DNA of 64,000 nucleotides from Syntrophaceae bacterium (GCA_025355345.1 JANXZU010000133.1:4075-68074); one strand, 5' to 3'. Positions 1 through 8,711 are shown, numbered from the stretch's first letter. The notes: generated by a model not told the origin, from the sequence alone. Numbers and translations are program-made.

Positions 1-1
1 T

Positions 2-226
2 GCAAAAATTAAAAATTTAAAGATTGTCAAGGTGATCATCAAAGGATTTTTATCGGGCTTCATCGGGCTTCTGCTTGCCGTTGTTTATCAATTTGGAGTT
101 CATTCTCTTATCGGTTGGCAGGCATGGACAATTTTTGCCATTTCCATCGCCTACCTGATCGGTTGGAAAAAGAATGCAATCTGGCTTATCCTAGGAATTA
201 TCTGTGTTTCATTGCTGATTTTTTAA
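2..226 (+). CDS. C-terminal fragment of a polytopic membrane protein, chromate-transporter (ChrA)-like; 5' end lies outside the window
   Basis: The reading frame is open from the window edge with no stop upstream of the listed GTG at 32. The translation is two hydrophobic helices (GFIGLLLAVVYQFG.., WLILGIICVSLLIF) resembling ChrA C-termini. The family call is from memory only. Confidence 0.4.
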   Translation, partial: AKIKNLKIVKVIIKGFLSGFIGLLLAVVYQFGVHSLIGWQAWTIFAISIAYLIGWKKNAIWLILGIICVSLLIF

Positions 227-343
227 TGGGCAGGCTTAAATTTTGTAATTATCAGAGAAGTTTTTGGCGCCGATGCAGTTTTCACCTGATAAGGTGCAGT
301 CCAATAGATTATTCCTATATTACAGGTTAAGGACTCTCTTGAT

Positions 344-706
344 TTAGAGCCTTTTTTTGCTAACAATCTTCCCATACTTGTCTTTGCAAATGCGCCAATA
401 ATAAACGCCAGAAACAGAACCGCTGGATATTACATTTAGAGCTTGAGTATAGCATTTGTTCCCTTCACGCAGCAGTGCCGCTTCTTTTTTATCTTCAGCT
501 TTTGTTTCACTATTTTCTCTTTGAGATTCCTGTCTGATTTTATACGATTTTTTTTGCTGTTTTGCGCGTTCTTTTGGCAAGTGATCATCTGATGAGTCCT
601 TTAACACGCAGTCCTTCATTCCATCTTGCCGGCTATCTGTGATAATTATATTATTATCACGGTCAAAACACTTGCATAATTCCGCTGCATTAGTTGATGT
701 AAGCAA
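344..706 (-). CDS. Hypothetical small Lys/Glu-rich, Cys-containing protein. The in-frame upstream extension to 754 encodes a signal-peptide N-terminus but is interrupted by TAA at 719-721.
   Basis: The ORF track gives 120 aa from a TTG start. Reading upstream in the same frame gives ATG(754) MKRIFIAMFIF-TAA-SLFILLTSTNA/AE. That is a Sec signal peptide (n-region, h-region, A-x-A-like site) split by one stop codon. Confidence 0.4.
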   Translation of the reverse strand: MLTSTNAAELCKCFDRDNNIIITDSRQDGMKDCVLKDSSDDHLPKERAKQQKKSYKIRQESQRENSETKAEDKKEAALLREGNKCYTQALNVISSGSVSGVYYWRICKDKYGKIVSKKRL

Positions 707-859
707 GATGAATAAGCTTTAAAAAATAAACATTGCGATAAATATGCGTTTCATTGTGCGTTTTATCCATGTAAATTATTGATTTCTATTTGTAACTTAG
801 CATAAATTTATAAATTCTTAAAATACCGATTTCAGTAAGAAAAAAAATATATGGAATTA

Positions 860-2614
860 CTATTCTTTATTACTGTGTCCCAAAGTAAAATACAGCGACA
901 CTTTTGTGCCTCGCCCTATCTGGCTTTCAATCTCAATTTTGCCGCCATGCGCCGACATCAGATGCTTAACGATTGACAGCCCCAGTCCGGTTCCACCCAA
1001 TTCGCGGGAACGCGAACGATCCACCCGGTAAAAACGCTCACCCAGGCGGCTAATTTCTTCTTTTGGCACACCGATGCCTGTATCTGTGATTATCAATACA
1101 GCATGGTTATCTTTTTGCTCAGCATGAATACAAATCATGCCCTTTTCAGGCGTGAACTTGACGGCATTGTCTAAAATATTTACCAGTATCTGGGTAAGCC
1201 TATCTCTGTCTGCCCAAACGCATAAAAGATTGTCTTGAATATTGTCTTGGATATTTATCTTTTTCAATCCTGCCTTAGCCTCAATCAAAGGAATAGCGCC
1301 TTCAAAGGCATCGCGAATAGATACTTCTTCAAAATGTAACTTAATTTCACCTAGCTCAATTTTTGATATGACGAGTAAATCTTCTACCAGGCGGTTGAGC
1401 CTTCCTGCCTGCTTCAAACTTATAGCAATGAATTTTTTCACGTCTTCATTGCTGCTTGTTGCCCCTGTTTGAATCGTTTCTAGATAACCGATAATAGCGG
1501 TAAGCGGTGTCCTAATTTCGTGAGTGACATTGGCCACAAAATCAACCCGAATTTTTTCCAATTTCTTTAGTCTGGTGACATCATGGAAGACTAGCATTAC
1601 TTTTTCTTCGCCAGGGTAATTATGCACGGAAGAAATGCTTACATTTAAAGTAACCTGTTCAATGCTGCCAAGGTTGACTTCTTCAGAGACCGTAGCTTGC
1701 GTTTGCTTAAATTTTAGAAATGCTTTTTGCAAGTCCACATCGCGGAAGGCTTCCATCAACGTTTTACCGCTTATATCTCCGTATTGCTCAGACAGCATAT
1801 TACTTAGCGCCGAATTGATAAATTCGATTTTATCTTCGGCATCAAGAATCAGAACTCCTTCCGTCATGCTGGTAAACGCCGTCATCAGTTTACTTTTCTC
1901 TTCGGAGGCCTGCCGAATCTGACTTCGCAGTTCATCCACAAGATAATTGATATTATCCGCCAGTTTCTTCGTTTCATCCGACGTCTCTAAGAAGATGGTC
2001 TCAACCGGATCACCTTTGCGCAATCTTTCGGTAAATCTTTCCAATGCCCGAATCGGCGCGGCTAACCTGTAAGAAAAGAAAAGTGCAATAAAAAGTGCGA
2101 TGACCGCTGCAATTATCATTGCGAGGAGAATGGATTGGTAGACTTGTTCAATAGCGTTTTGAACATCATGAAGAGGTCGCGCTAGCCTTACATAGCCGGT
2201 AATCTGTGATTTTGACTTCATGGTTATAGCCATGTAAAGCATATCCACACCAATCGACTGACTGTAGCGGATGGAGTTGCCTTTACCCCACAATCGCGCT
2301 TCCTGTACTTCGGGACGATTGAGATGATTTTCCAGCGAGGAAATATCTTTTTCTGAATCAGCAAACACTTTGCCCTGCTCGTCCACCAGCGTAACTCGCG
2401 CTCCTGAGATTCGGGCAATTTGCTTGATCTGTTCAGACATTACCTTTGCCGCACTCAAATCAATTAGTTCGGCATAGGTAAGTAGTTCAGCCTTAATCTT
2501 AGCTGTCAAAACTTTTTTAATCTCATCTTTAATCAATAGATCCAGAACAAAAAAAGATAAGCTGACAATAACCAGATAGCTGAATAATATTTTAAAAAAT
2601 AGATTGCGTTTCAC
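860..2614 (-). CDS. phoR: Phosphate-regulon sensor histidine kinase PhoR-like (TM, HAMP, PAS, HisKA, HATPase)
   Basis: H-box 'FVANVTHEIRTPLT' and N/G boxes 'NAVKFTP', 'DTGIGV', 'GGTGLGLSIV' are present. The GTG start overlaps the phoU stop (GTGA), and the gene is last in the pst-phoU cluster. Confidence 0.85.
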   Translation of the reverse strand: MKRNLFFKILFSYLVIVSLSFFVLDLLIKDEIKKVLTAKIKAELLTYAELIDLSAAKVMSEQIKQIARISGARVTLVDEQGKVFADSEKDISSLENHLNRPEVQEARLWGKGNSIRYSQSIGVDMLYMAITMKSKSQITGYVRLARPLHDVQNAIEQVYQSILLAMIIAAVIALFIALFFSYRLAAPIRALERFTERLRKGDPVETIFLETSDETKKLADNINYLVDELRSQIRQASEEKSKLMTAFTSMTEGVLILDAEDKIEFINSALSNMLSEQYGDISGKTLMEAFRDVDLQKAFLKFKQTQATVSEEVNLGSIEQVTLNVSISSVHNYPGEEKVMLVFHDVTRLKKLEKIRVDFVANVTHEIRTPLTAIIGYLETIQTGATSSNEDVKKFIAISLKQAGRLNRLVEDLLVISKIELGEIKLHFEEVSIRDAFEGAIPLIEAKAGLKKINIQDNIQDNLLCVWADRDRLTQILVNILDNAVKFTPEKGMICIHAEQKDNHAVLIITDTGIGVPKEEISRLGERFYRVDRSRSRELGGTGLGLSIVKHLMSAHGGKIEIESQIGRGTKVSLYFTLGHSNKE

Positions 2615-3309
2615 GCCGGCTCCTTTTCTTCCAGCTCACAAGTTTGATGCCGCACGCATTCACCTGTCACCATATACGTGACCATATCGGCAATGCCTTT
2701 GGCATGATCGGCAATACGCTCCAGGTTTTTAGATACTTGCATGATCATTAAAGACCGATGAATAGAATGAGAATCCTCCATCATAAAAGTCAGCAACTCC
2801 CGGAATATCTGTTCATTTAGATCATCGGTGACTTGTTCTGCCTGCCGTACTTTTTCGGCCATACTAAGATCGTTGCGAATAAAACTATCCAAAGAATTTT
2901 TAATCATCTCCGCGACGATGTCAGCCATGCGGGGCAAATCCATATAGGGCTTGAGCTGAGGCTCTGCGTTCAGTTGTATCGCCTTCTCGGCGATGTTCAC
3001 AGCCATATCACCAATACGCTCCAGATGACCGGTAATTTTAATCGCGGTCGTGATGAATCTCAAATCGATAGCCGTTGGCTGGCGCAATGCTAAAACCTTA
3101 ATGCACCTCTCTTCCAGTTCCGTGTCCAGCTTATCAAGTTCATCATCAGCTCCGATCACTTTATGAGCGATATCGGAATCTCTTTCAGATAATGATTTCA
3201 TCGCCAGCAGAATGGCCTTTTCTGTCAAGGCACCAAGAAATATAAGTCCGTTCTTGATCTCCTGTAATTCTTTTTCATAGTGAGAACTTGTATGTCTTTT
3301 TTCTTCCAT
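2611..3309 (-). CDS. phoU: Phosphate signalling complex protein PhoU
   Basis: There are two PhoU repeats ('LERIGDMAVNIAE', 'LERIADHAKGIAD'). The start is set at ATG 3309, which has GGAGG 7 nt upstream, rather than the longer TTG ORF ending at 3348. Confidence 0.93.
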   Translation of the reverse strand: MEEKRHTSSHYEKELQEIKNGLIFLGALTEKAILLAMKSLSERDSDIAHKVIGADDELDKLDTELEERCIKVLALRQPTAIDLRFITTAIKITGHLERIGDMAVNIAEKAIQLNAEPQLKPYMDLPRMADIVAEMIKNSLDSFIRNDLSMAEKVRQAEQVTDDLNEQIFRELLTFMMEDSHSIHRSLMIMQVSKNLERIADHAKGIADMVTYMVTGECVRHQTCELEEKEPA

Positions 3310-3354
3310 AATAATTCCTCCAGTTAACAAACTAATTACTTCTAACAAATACTA

Positions 3355-3524
3355 GACGGATTCGCAAAAAAGTCCAGCTGCAAGGCGCGCAAATTCTGAG
3401 GAATGAGGCGTATATTTCCATAGGCCGCAAGTAGCCTGCCCCGTGCTTGACACGGGGAAGAATGCAGCGCAACGCCGCAAACCATGGTGCCCTTTAGGGT
3501 ATGGGAATTTTTCCGAAGCCGTCC
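3355..3524. other. About 170-bp GC-rich insert with imperfect ~20-bp terminal inverted repeats and a central 7-bp hairpin, in the pstB-phoU spacer (REP/MITE-like element or structured RNA)
   Basis: GACGGATTCGCAAAAAAGTCC (3355-3375) matches the reverse complement of GGAATTTTTCCGAAGCCGTC (3505-3524). The hairpin is CCCCGTG-cttga-CACGGGG at 3439-3457. A TTGCG(G/C) motif recurs on the minus strand. There is no ORF, and GC is clearly above that of the flanks. Confidence 0.5.
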
Positions 3525-3527
3525 TTC

Positions 3528-4286
3528 TCAACCGAATCTGCCCGTTATATAATCCTCAGTCTGCTTTACATCCGGTTTAGTAAAAATTTTCTCAGTCTTA
3601 TTATACTCGACTAAATTCCCTATATAAAAAAACGCTGTCTCATCGGAGATACGGGCTGCCTGCTGCATATTATGGGTTACGATAATTATTGTATAGTTTT
3701 TTTTAAGCTCTTCAATCAATTCCTCAATCTTAGCGGTGGAAATGGGATCGAGGGCTGAAGTCGGCTCATCCATAAGTAAAATATCCGGCTTCATGGCCAG
3801 CGCACGGGCAATGCAGAGCCGTTGCTGTTGACCTCCGGAAAGATTCATGGCCGACTTACTTAATAAATCTTTGACTTCATCCCAGAGAACCGCCTGCTTT
3901 AGGCTTTGCTCAACAAGCGCATCCAGATCATGGTGATTAGTAGACGTAAGTTTCGGGCCGTAGGCAATATTATTATAAATGGTTTTTGGAAAGGGATTTG
4001 GTTTCTGAAAAACCATCCCAATCTTGCGCCGAATTTCCACCGGATCGACGTCGGATGCATAGATATTTTTATCCTCAAAGAGTATCTCGCCCTCGACTCT
4101 TGTGTCGTCAATCAGATCATTCATCCTGTTGAGAAGCCTCAGCAGTGTGGACTTGCCGCACCCGGAGGGGCCAATCAAAGCCGTCACTTTATTTTTGCGG
4201 AAATTCATTGATATATCGGTCAGCGCGCGGCTCTGACCGTAATAAAAATTAACATTGCTTAGTTTGATAATTATATTTGAATCCAT
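3528..4286 (-). CDS. pstB: Phosphate ABC transporter ATP-binding protein PstB
   Basis: Walker A 'GPSGCGKST', signature 'LSGGQQQR' and Walker B 'LLMDEP' are present. ATG 4286 has AGGTGG 5 nt upstream. An alternative GTG at 4295 overlaps the pstA stop. Confidence 0.95.
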   Translation of the reverse strand: MDSNIIIKLSNVNFYYGQSRALTDISMNFRKNKVTALIGPSGCGKSTLLRLLNRMNDLIDDTRVEGEILFEDKNIYASDVDPVEIRRKIGMVFQKPNPFPKTIYNNIAYGPKLTSTNHHDLDALVEQSLKQAVLWDEVKDLLSKSAMNLSGGQQQRLCIARALAMKPDILLMDEPTSALDPISTAKIEELIEELKKNYTIIIVTHNMQQAARISDETAFFYIGNLVEYNKTEKIFTKPDVKQTEDYITGRFG

Positions 4287-4288
4287 AT

Positions 4289-5206
4289 CTACCACCTTTT
4301 ATTTTTTCTCATATAGCTGCGAATCACAATCGCGACAAGATCAATTCCCAAAACCACTCCCACTAAAACAAGCACCGTTCCGAACTGTATTGGCCTGGTT
4401 GCCTCAATATTCGTACCGGCAGTCGCCAGCACGTAAATATGATAAGGCAACGCCATTACTTCGTCAAAGATTGAACCGGGCAGTTTGGCTGTAAAATAAG
4501 CGGCAGCAGTGAACATGATCGGCGCGGTTTCTCCTGCGGCACGGCCTATTCCTAAAATTGACCCTGTTAGAATTCCCGGCAGCGCGTTGGGCAAAACAAT
4601 CCGATAGGTTGTCTGCCATTTGGATACCCCAAGCGACAGTGACGCCTCCCGAAACGTCTGCGGCACAGCCTTGAGGGCTTCTTCAGACGCGCCGATGATT
4701 GTCGGCAGAATCAGAAAACCCAGAGTAAGCGATCCGGATAAAATACTTGAGCCGAATTTCAAAAAGATAACAAAAAAGCCCAGGCCAAATAACCCGAAAA
4801 CAACCGAAGGAACACCGGCCAGACAATTAATGCCCACTTTTATCAATCTAATAATCCTGCCCTGTTTTGCATATTCGGTAAGATAAATAGCTGATGCAAT
4901 ACCTAACGGCAAACCAACAGCAATTGCACCCATCGTCAGATAGATAGTGCCGAGAATTGCCGGCATGATGCCGCCTCTGGTCATGGAATCTGTCGGCGGT
5001 TTCGTGACAAAATCCCAACTGATCGCGCCAATGCCGTTCACAATAATATAAAACAATAGACCACCCAGGACCAGTGTAATTATCAAAGCGGAAATTCGCA
5101 CAGCCCCGAAAAATAGTTCTTGCTTAAAATAACGCCACTTCATTGAATTATTTTGCATTGAGTTCATATATCTACCATTAAACCCCGATAAACGGGTTAA
5201 CTTCAT
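4289..5206 (-). CDS. pstA: Phosphate ABC transporter permease PstA
   Basis: Polytopic permease with the EAA-type loop '[13 protein letters not shown]'. It is second of two permeases between pstS and pstB. The exact start among several N-terminal ATGs is uncertain. Confidence 0.9.
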   Translation of the reverse strand: MKLTRLSGFNGRYMNSMQNNSMKWRYFKQELFFGAVRISALIITLVLGGLLFYIIVNGIGAISWDFVTKPPTDSMTRGGIMPAILGTIYLTMGAIAVGLPLGIASAIYLTEYAKQGRIIRLIKVGINCLAGVPSVVFGLFGLGFFVIFLKFGSSILSGSLTLGFLILPTIIGASEEALKAVPQTFREASLSLGVSKWQTTYRIVLPNALPGILTGSILGIGRAAGETAPIMFTAAAYFTAKLPGSIFDEVMALPYHIYVLATAGTNIEATRPIQFGTVLVLVGVVLGIDLVAIVIRSYMRKNKRW

Positions 5207-5216
5207 TGATAATTTG

Positions 5217-6104
5217 CTAAAGAGTGCCAGAGCCTACCTGCCGGAATTTGTGAGAAATATAATCAGAAACCAGGTTAAAAAATAATGTCAGGAAAAACAG
5301 AACCATGCCGGTGGCAAAGAGTGCCTGATAGTGGGCGCCGCCAAAAGGAGCCTCACCCATTTCCGCGGCAATGCTTGCCGGCATTGGCCGGACTGAATCA
5401 AAAATACTTCCCGGAATAGCGGCAGCGCCGCCGGCTACCATCAGGACAACCATTGTCTCGCCAATGGCCCGCGCCATTCCCAGCATCACCGCTGTGGAAA
5501 TGCCGGACATTGCTGACGGAACAATGACCTGGGTAATAGTCTCAAATTTAGTTGCACCCAGAGCATAAGACGCCTCTTTATATTCACGCGGAACCGTATA
5601 AAGAGCATCTTCGGAAATACTGGAAATAGTCGGTATCGCCATGATGGCGAGTATCATTGATGCATTGATGATATTTAAACCAGTGGGAAGATCGAAAGTA
5701 TCCTGCAGCCAGGGAGCCACCACAACCATACCGAAGAAGCCGAGAACAACGGAGGGCAATCCGGCCAGAAGTTCAATTACAGATTTGAGGATTTCCTTTA
5801 TCGCCTGGGGGGCTATTTCAGAAATATAAATGGCAGCCAACACGCCCAGGGGCACTGCAATAATCGTAGCTATAGTTGTTACTATGAGCGAACCAATTAT
5901 TAACGGGAAGATTCCAAATGAAGGCGGATCGTAAGTTGGATACCATTCCATTCCAAACAAAAAATCTTTAACAGATACTTTGCCGAATAGCGGCAGGCCT
6001 TCCCTAAAAAGAGAGAAAACGATTAATCCTAAAACAATAATGGAAATAAGAGCAAAAACAAAAAATACATATTTAATAATGACTTCTTTTGTCTGTCTGG
6101 TCAT
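5217..6104 (-). CDS. pstC: Phosphate ABC transporter permease PstC
   Basis: Polytopic permease with 'EASYALGATKFET' and 'ARAIGETM'. It is the first permease after pstS. Confidence 0.9.
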   Translation of the reverse strand: MTRQTKEVIIKYVFFVFALISIIVLGLIVFSLFREGLPLFGKVSVKDFLFGMEWYPTYDPPSFGIFPLIIGSLIVTTIATIIAVPLGVLAAIYISEIAPQAIKEILKSVIELLAGLPSVVLGFFGMVVVAPWLQDTFDLPTGLNIINASMILAIMAIPTISSISEDALYTVPREYKEASYALGATKFETITQVIVPSAMSGISTAVMLGMARAIGETMVVLMVAGGAAAIPGSIFDSVRPMPASIAAEMGEAPFGGAHYQALFATGMVLFFLTLFFNLVSDYISHKFRQVGSGTL

Positions 6105-6165
6105 AAGATTTCACACAATAATTTATGCCTGGTTTAATAATAATTGTAGTCAGGAAATGTAAATA

Positions 6166-6591
6166 CTACCTGAATTCTTTTTCAATCCAATCTTTTATTT
6201 CGTCTCTTATTCGCCTGTATTGATTGATTACAACTTCAGGCTTTCCCTTTAATTCCGAAGGGTCGGGAAAACCTCTGTGCAATTTGGCGCGCCCGCCCGG
6301 AAAATAGGGACAGGACTCTTTGGCCTGATCGCACAGTGTGATAGCATAATCCCAGTTAGCATCCTTAAATATATCTAAAGACTTTGACTGATTATTGCTA
6401 ACATCAATGCCAATCTCCCCCATAACCGAAATAACAAGGGGATCAATATGCGCAGGATCGGTACCGGCGCTAAAGGCCTTGTACCGATCCCCGAAAAGTT
6501 TGTTTAACAAAGCTTCGGCCATCTGCGACCTGGCGGCATTATGGGTGCAGATAAATAAAACTGATTTCTTATCAGGATTCATTTTTACCAA
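6166..6591 (-). CDS. arsC: Arsenate reductase, LMW-PTPase family, thioredoxin-coupled type (ArsC)
   Basis: The P-loop 'CTHNAARSQ' (C-X5-R-S) is present together with the downstream Cys pair 'LCDQAKESCP' (C-x6-C), as in Trx-coupled ArsC. Confidence 0.85.
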   Translation of the reverse strand: MVKMNPDKKSVLFICTHNAARSQMAEALLNKLFGDRYKAFSAGTDPAHIDPLVISVMGEIGIDVSNNQSKSLDIFKDANWDYAITLCDQAKESCPYFPGGRAKLHRGFPDPSELKGKPEVVINQYRRIRDEIKDWIEKEFR

Positions 6592-6613
6592 AATCTACTA
6601 AAAGAAGACCGAT

Positions 6614-7459
6614 TTATTTTTTCTTAGCCTTGCTTTGTTTAGCTTCCAGCGGAACGAATCCTTCTTTGACTACTATCTTCTGACCCTCGGCTGATCTTAC
6701 AAACGCGATGTATTTTGCCACATCGCCTGTCGGTTCGCCATTGGTGTACATATAAAGCTCACGGGACATCGGATATTTTTTGGAAAGAGCTGTCTCTATG
6801 GAACCTGCAACACCTTCAACCATCAAGGGCTTCACGCTTTTGTTGACATAACCGATTCCCAGATAAGCAATGGCATAGCGATTTTTCGCAACAGCTGTTA
6901 CCAGAGCGCCGTTGGATGCAAGCATCTGCGCTTTGGGTGTTACCTTTGCTTTCTTCATGACAAAATGATCCCATGATTCAAATGTGCCGGAAGACGAATC
7001 GCGTGAAATAACCACAATCTTTAAATTTTCCCCGCCTACTTCTTTCCAGTTGGTGATCTTGCCCTGATAAATCTGGCTTAACTGATCAATAGATAAATTG
7101 CTTACTTTATTTTTTGGATGAACAACGGGAATAAGAGCATCGTTAGCCACAACATGCGCAACAGGCTTTACGCCCTTTGTTTCCGCCAGCGCGATTTCTT
7201 CTTTCTTGATTTCCCGCGATGAATTGGCGATATCCGTTGTCTTGTCAATTAAAGCCTTGATGCCTTCACCTGATCCGCCGCCGGATAATGAGATTTGCAC
7301 ACCAGGATTCTTCTTCATAAATGCTTCCAAAGTGCCCTGGGCAATCGGTAAAACTGTCGTTGATCCTTTAATAACAATGGGATCAGCGGCAAACACCACG
7401 CCCGACATCAAACAAAATGCTGTCAGCCCTAAAACTACTTTTTTTACGATATTGAACAT
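6614..7459 (-). CDS. pstS: Phosphate ABC transporter substrate-binding protein PstS (PBP-like_2 type)
   Basis: It has a signal peptide (..SGVVFA/AD), 'SLSGGGSGEGIKAL' and 'SRDSSSGT'. The RBS GAGGAGG precedes the ATG, and Pho boxes lie upstream. Confidence 0.88.
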   Translation of the reverse strand: MFNIVKKVVLGLTAFCLMSGVVFAADPIVIKGSTTVLPIAQGTLEAFMKKNPGVQISLSGGGSGEGIKALIDKTTDIANSSREIKKEEIALAETKGVKPVAHVVANDALIPVVHPKNKVSNLSIDQLSQIYQGKITNWKEVGGENLKIVVISRDSSSGTFESWDHFVMKKAKVTPKAQMLASNGALVTAVAKNRYAIAYLGIGYVNKSVKPLMVEGVAGSIETALSKKYPMSRELYMYTNGEPTGDVAKYIAFVRSAEGQKIVVKEGFVPLEAKQSKAKKK

Positions 7460-7488
7460 TTTTTCCTCCTCAAAATTAATTTGAGGGC

Positions 7489-7544
7489 AATATAAAGCCT
7501 TAATGTTACAATATGATGACAGACAAGTGATAATGTAATAACAA
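7489..7544 (-). promoter_or_regulatory. Pho-box array (four 7-bp half-sites at 11-bp phasing) plus a -10 element for pstS
   Basis: The minus strand reads TTGTTAT-taca-TTATCAC-ttgt-CTGTCAT-cata-TTGTAAC, with half-sites starting at 7544, 7533, 7522 and 7511. After 10 nt comes TATATT (7494-7489). The E. coli Pho box is CTGTCAT-N4-CTGTCAT replacing the -35 element. Confidence 0.6.
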
Positions 7545-7551
7545 AAGGAAT

Positions 7552-8250
7552 CTATTTTTTATCGGCAAACTTATAACCGAAACCACGGACAGTTTGAATA
7601 TATTTGGGATTTTCCATATCTTTTTCAATCTGGCTTCGCAGACGGCGGATATGGACATCCACAGCACGGTCGGTGATAAAGGTATCATCTCCCCACACGT
7701 GATCCAAAATCTGGTTTCTCGAATAGACTCTGCCGGGATTGCGAGACAAGAAGAAAAGGAGTTTCAGTTCAGTTGGACTAAGTGTTATGGCCTTACCATT
7801 AATTTGCACAAGGCAGGAAGTGTAATTTATTTTAAGCCCCTCATATTGGAATTCTTCCATGCCAGCTTTTTTCCCGCCATCCTGAGCGCGCCGCAGGATG
7901 GTACGCACACGGGCAACAAGTTCTTTTACACTGAAAGGCTTGGTAATGTAGTCATCCGCTCCATTTTCCAAACCGATGATCTTGTCAATTTCATCACTTT
8001 TTGCAGTTAGCATAATAATAGGCAAACTAGCTGTCTCCGAATTACCTCGAATTACGCGGCAGACATCAAGTCCGTTCATTTTGGGCAGCATGAGATCAAG
8101 AATAATCAGATTGGGCTTCTGTGTTTTGACCTGCTTGAGCGCGGCTTCACCGTCAAAGGCTTTAACAGTTTTAAAACCTTCTTTTTCCATATTGTAGGAT
8201 ACAAGCTCCACAATATCCTGTTCGTCATCAACGATTAGTATTTTTGGCAT
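7552..8250 (-). CDS. phoB: OmpR-family response regulator, PhoB-like
   Basis: It has a receiver domain ('ILIVDDE', 'DLMLP', 'LTAK') and a winged-helix domain ('IQTVRGFGYKF'). It lies immediately upstream of pstS. Confidence 0.85.
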   Translation of the reverse strand: MPKILIVDDEQDIVELVSYNMEKEGFKTVKAFDGEAALKQVKTQKPNLIILDLMLPKMNGLDVCRVIRGNSETASLPIIMLTAKSDEIDKIIGLENGADDYITKPFSVKELVARVRTILRRAQDGGKKAGMEEFQYEGLKINYTSCLVQINGKAITLSPTELKLLFFLSRNPGRVYSRNQILDHVWGDDTFITDRAVDVHIRRLRSQIEKDMENPKYIQTVRGFGYKFADKK

Positions 8251-8283
8251 ATTATATTATATCACCGACAGAAAACCGGGCAA

Positions 8284-8544
8284 TTAATCCAGTGCTTCTT
8301 TGGATTCTTCATCTCCCGATCGTACGCGACCAGATACTTTAAGCCCGATATAATCTTCGGCTACTGCCTTCTGTACCGATTTGTTATCCACTTCCATGGA
8401 ATTGATAACATCGATAAAATCAGTGGTGTGGCCGGAAAATTTTAACCTATCACCGACAACTAAATCACCTTCCATAACTTTTACCGCCGCTACTGATGGT
8501 TTGGGAAAAAACTTAACAACTTCACCAATTTTCTTTTCTGCCAT
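8284..8544 (-). CDS. Small beta-barrel protein resembling translation-factor domain 2 (EF-Tu_D2-only protein)
   Basis: 86 aa from ATG 8544, which has GGAGG 7 nt upstream. 'GEVVKFFPKPSVAAVKVMEGDLVVGDRLKF' resembles EF-Tu/IF2 domain-II barrels. The family call is from memory. Confidence 0.5.
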   Translation of the reverse strand: MAEKKIGEVVKFFPKPSVAAVKVMEGDLVVGDRLKFSGHTTDFIDVINSMEVDNKSVQKAVAEDYIGLKVSGRVRSGDEESKEALD

Positions 8545-8650
8545 AACGATACCTCCATATTTATAAATCAATCAGAGCTCATAAATTAACCAAATTAATC
8601 TTTAAGCTCCTTTTTTATGCCACATTTAGATACATTTTTTGATTCAAAAA

Positions 8651-8690
8651 AACAATAAAAAAGGCAGAGCGTTAGCCCTGCCTTTTTTTG
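8651..8690 (-). terminator. Rho-independent terminator after rplQ (bidirectional architecture)
   Basis: The stem GGCAGaGC (8663-8670) pairs with GCcCTGCC (8675-8682) around the loop gtta. It is flanked by an A-run on one side and a T-run on the other, so the minus-strand RNA ends in a U-run. Confidence 0.75.
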
Positions 8691-8711
8691 TTATCTTATA
8701 TTGAAGCAATT

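Noticed and set aside
719-721. Stop-codon reassignment as an explanation for the in-frame TAA, and likewise for the TAA in rpmG.
   Set aside because: TAA terminates many clearly complete genes in this window (for example rplQ at 8712-8714 and rpoB at 29803-29805). A standard code is therefore in use.
3355-3524. Whether the GC-rich inverted-repeat element is a 6S RNA (ssrS), given its ~170-nt size and paired ends.
   Set aside because: By hand I could not extend the terminal pairing into the long interrupted rod with a central bubble expected for 6S. The interior pairings I found compete with the terminal stem. It also sits inside an operon. The question is left open as 'unclassified structured element', not called as 6S.
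5205-5225. A TGGCAC motif on the minus strand at the pstC/pstA junction, considered as a possible sigma-54 promoter.
   Set aside because: The downstream GC element is displaced by one position (TGGCAC-TCTTTA-GCA), and the site lies within or abutting coding sequence of a Pho-box-driven operon.
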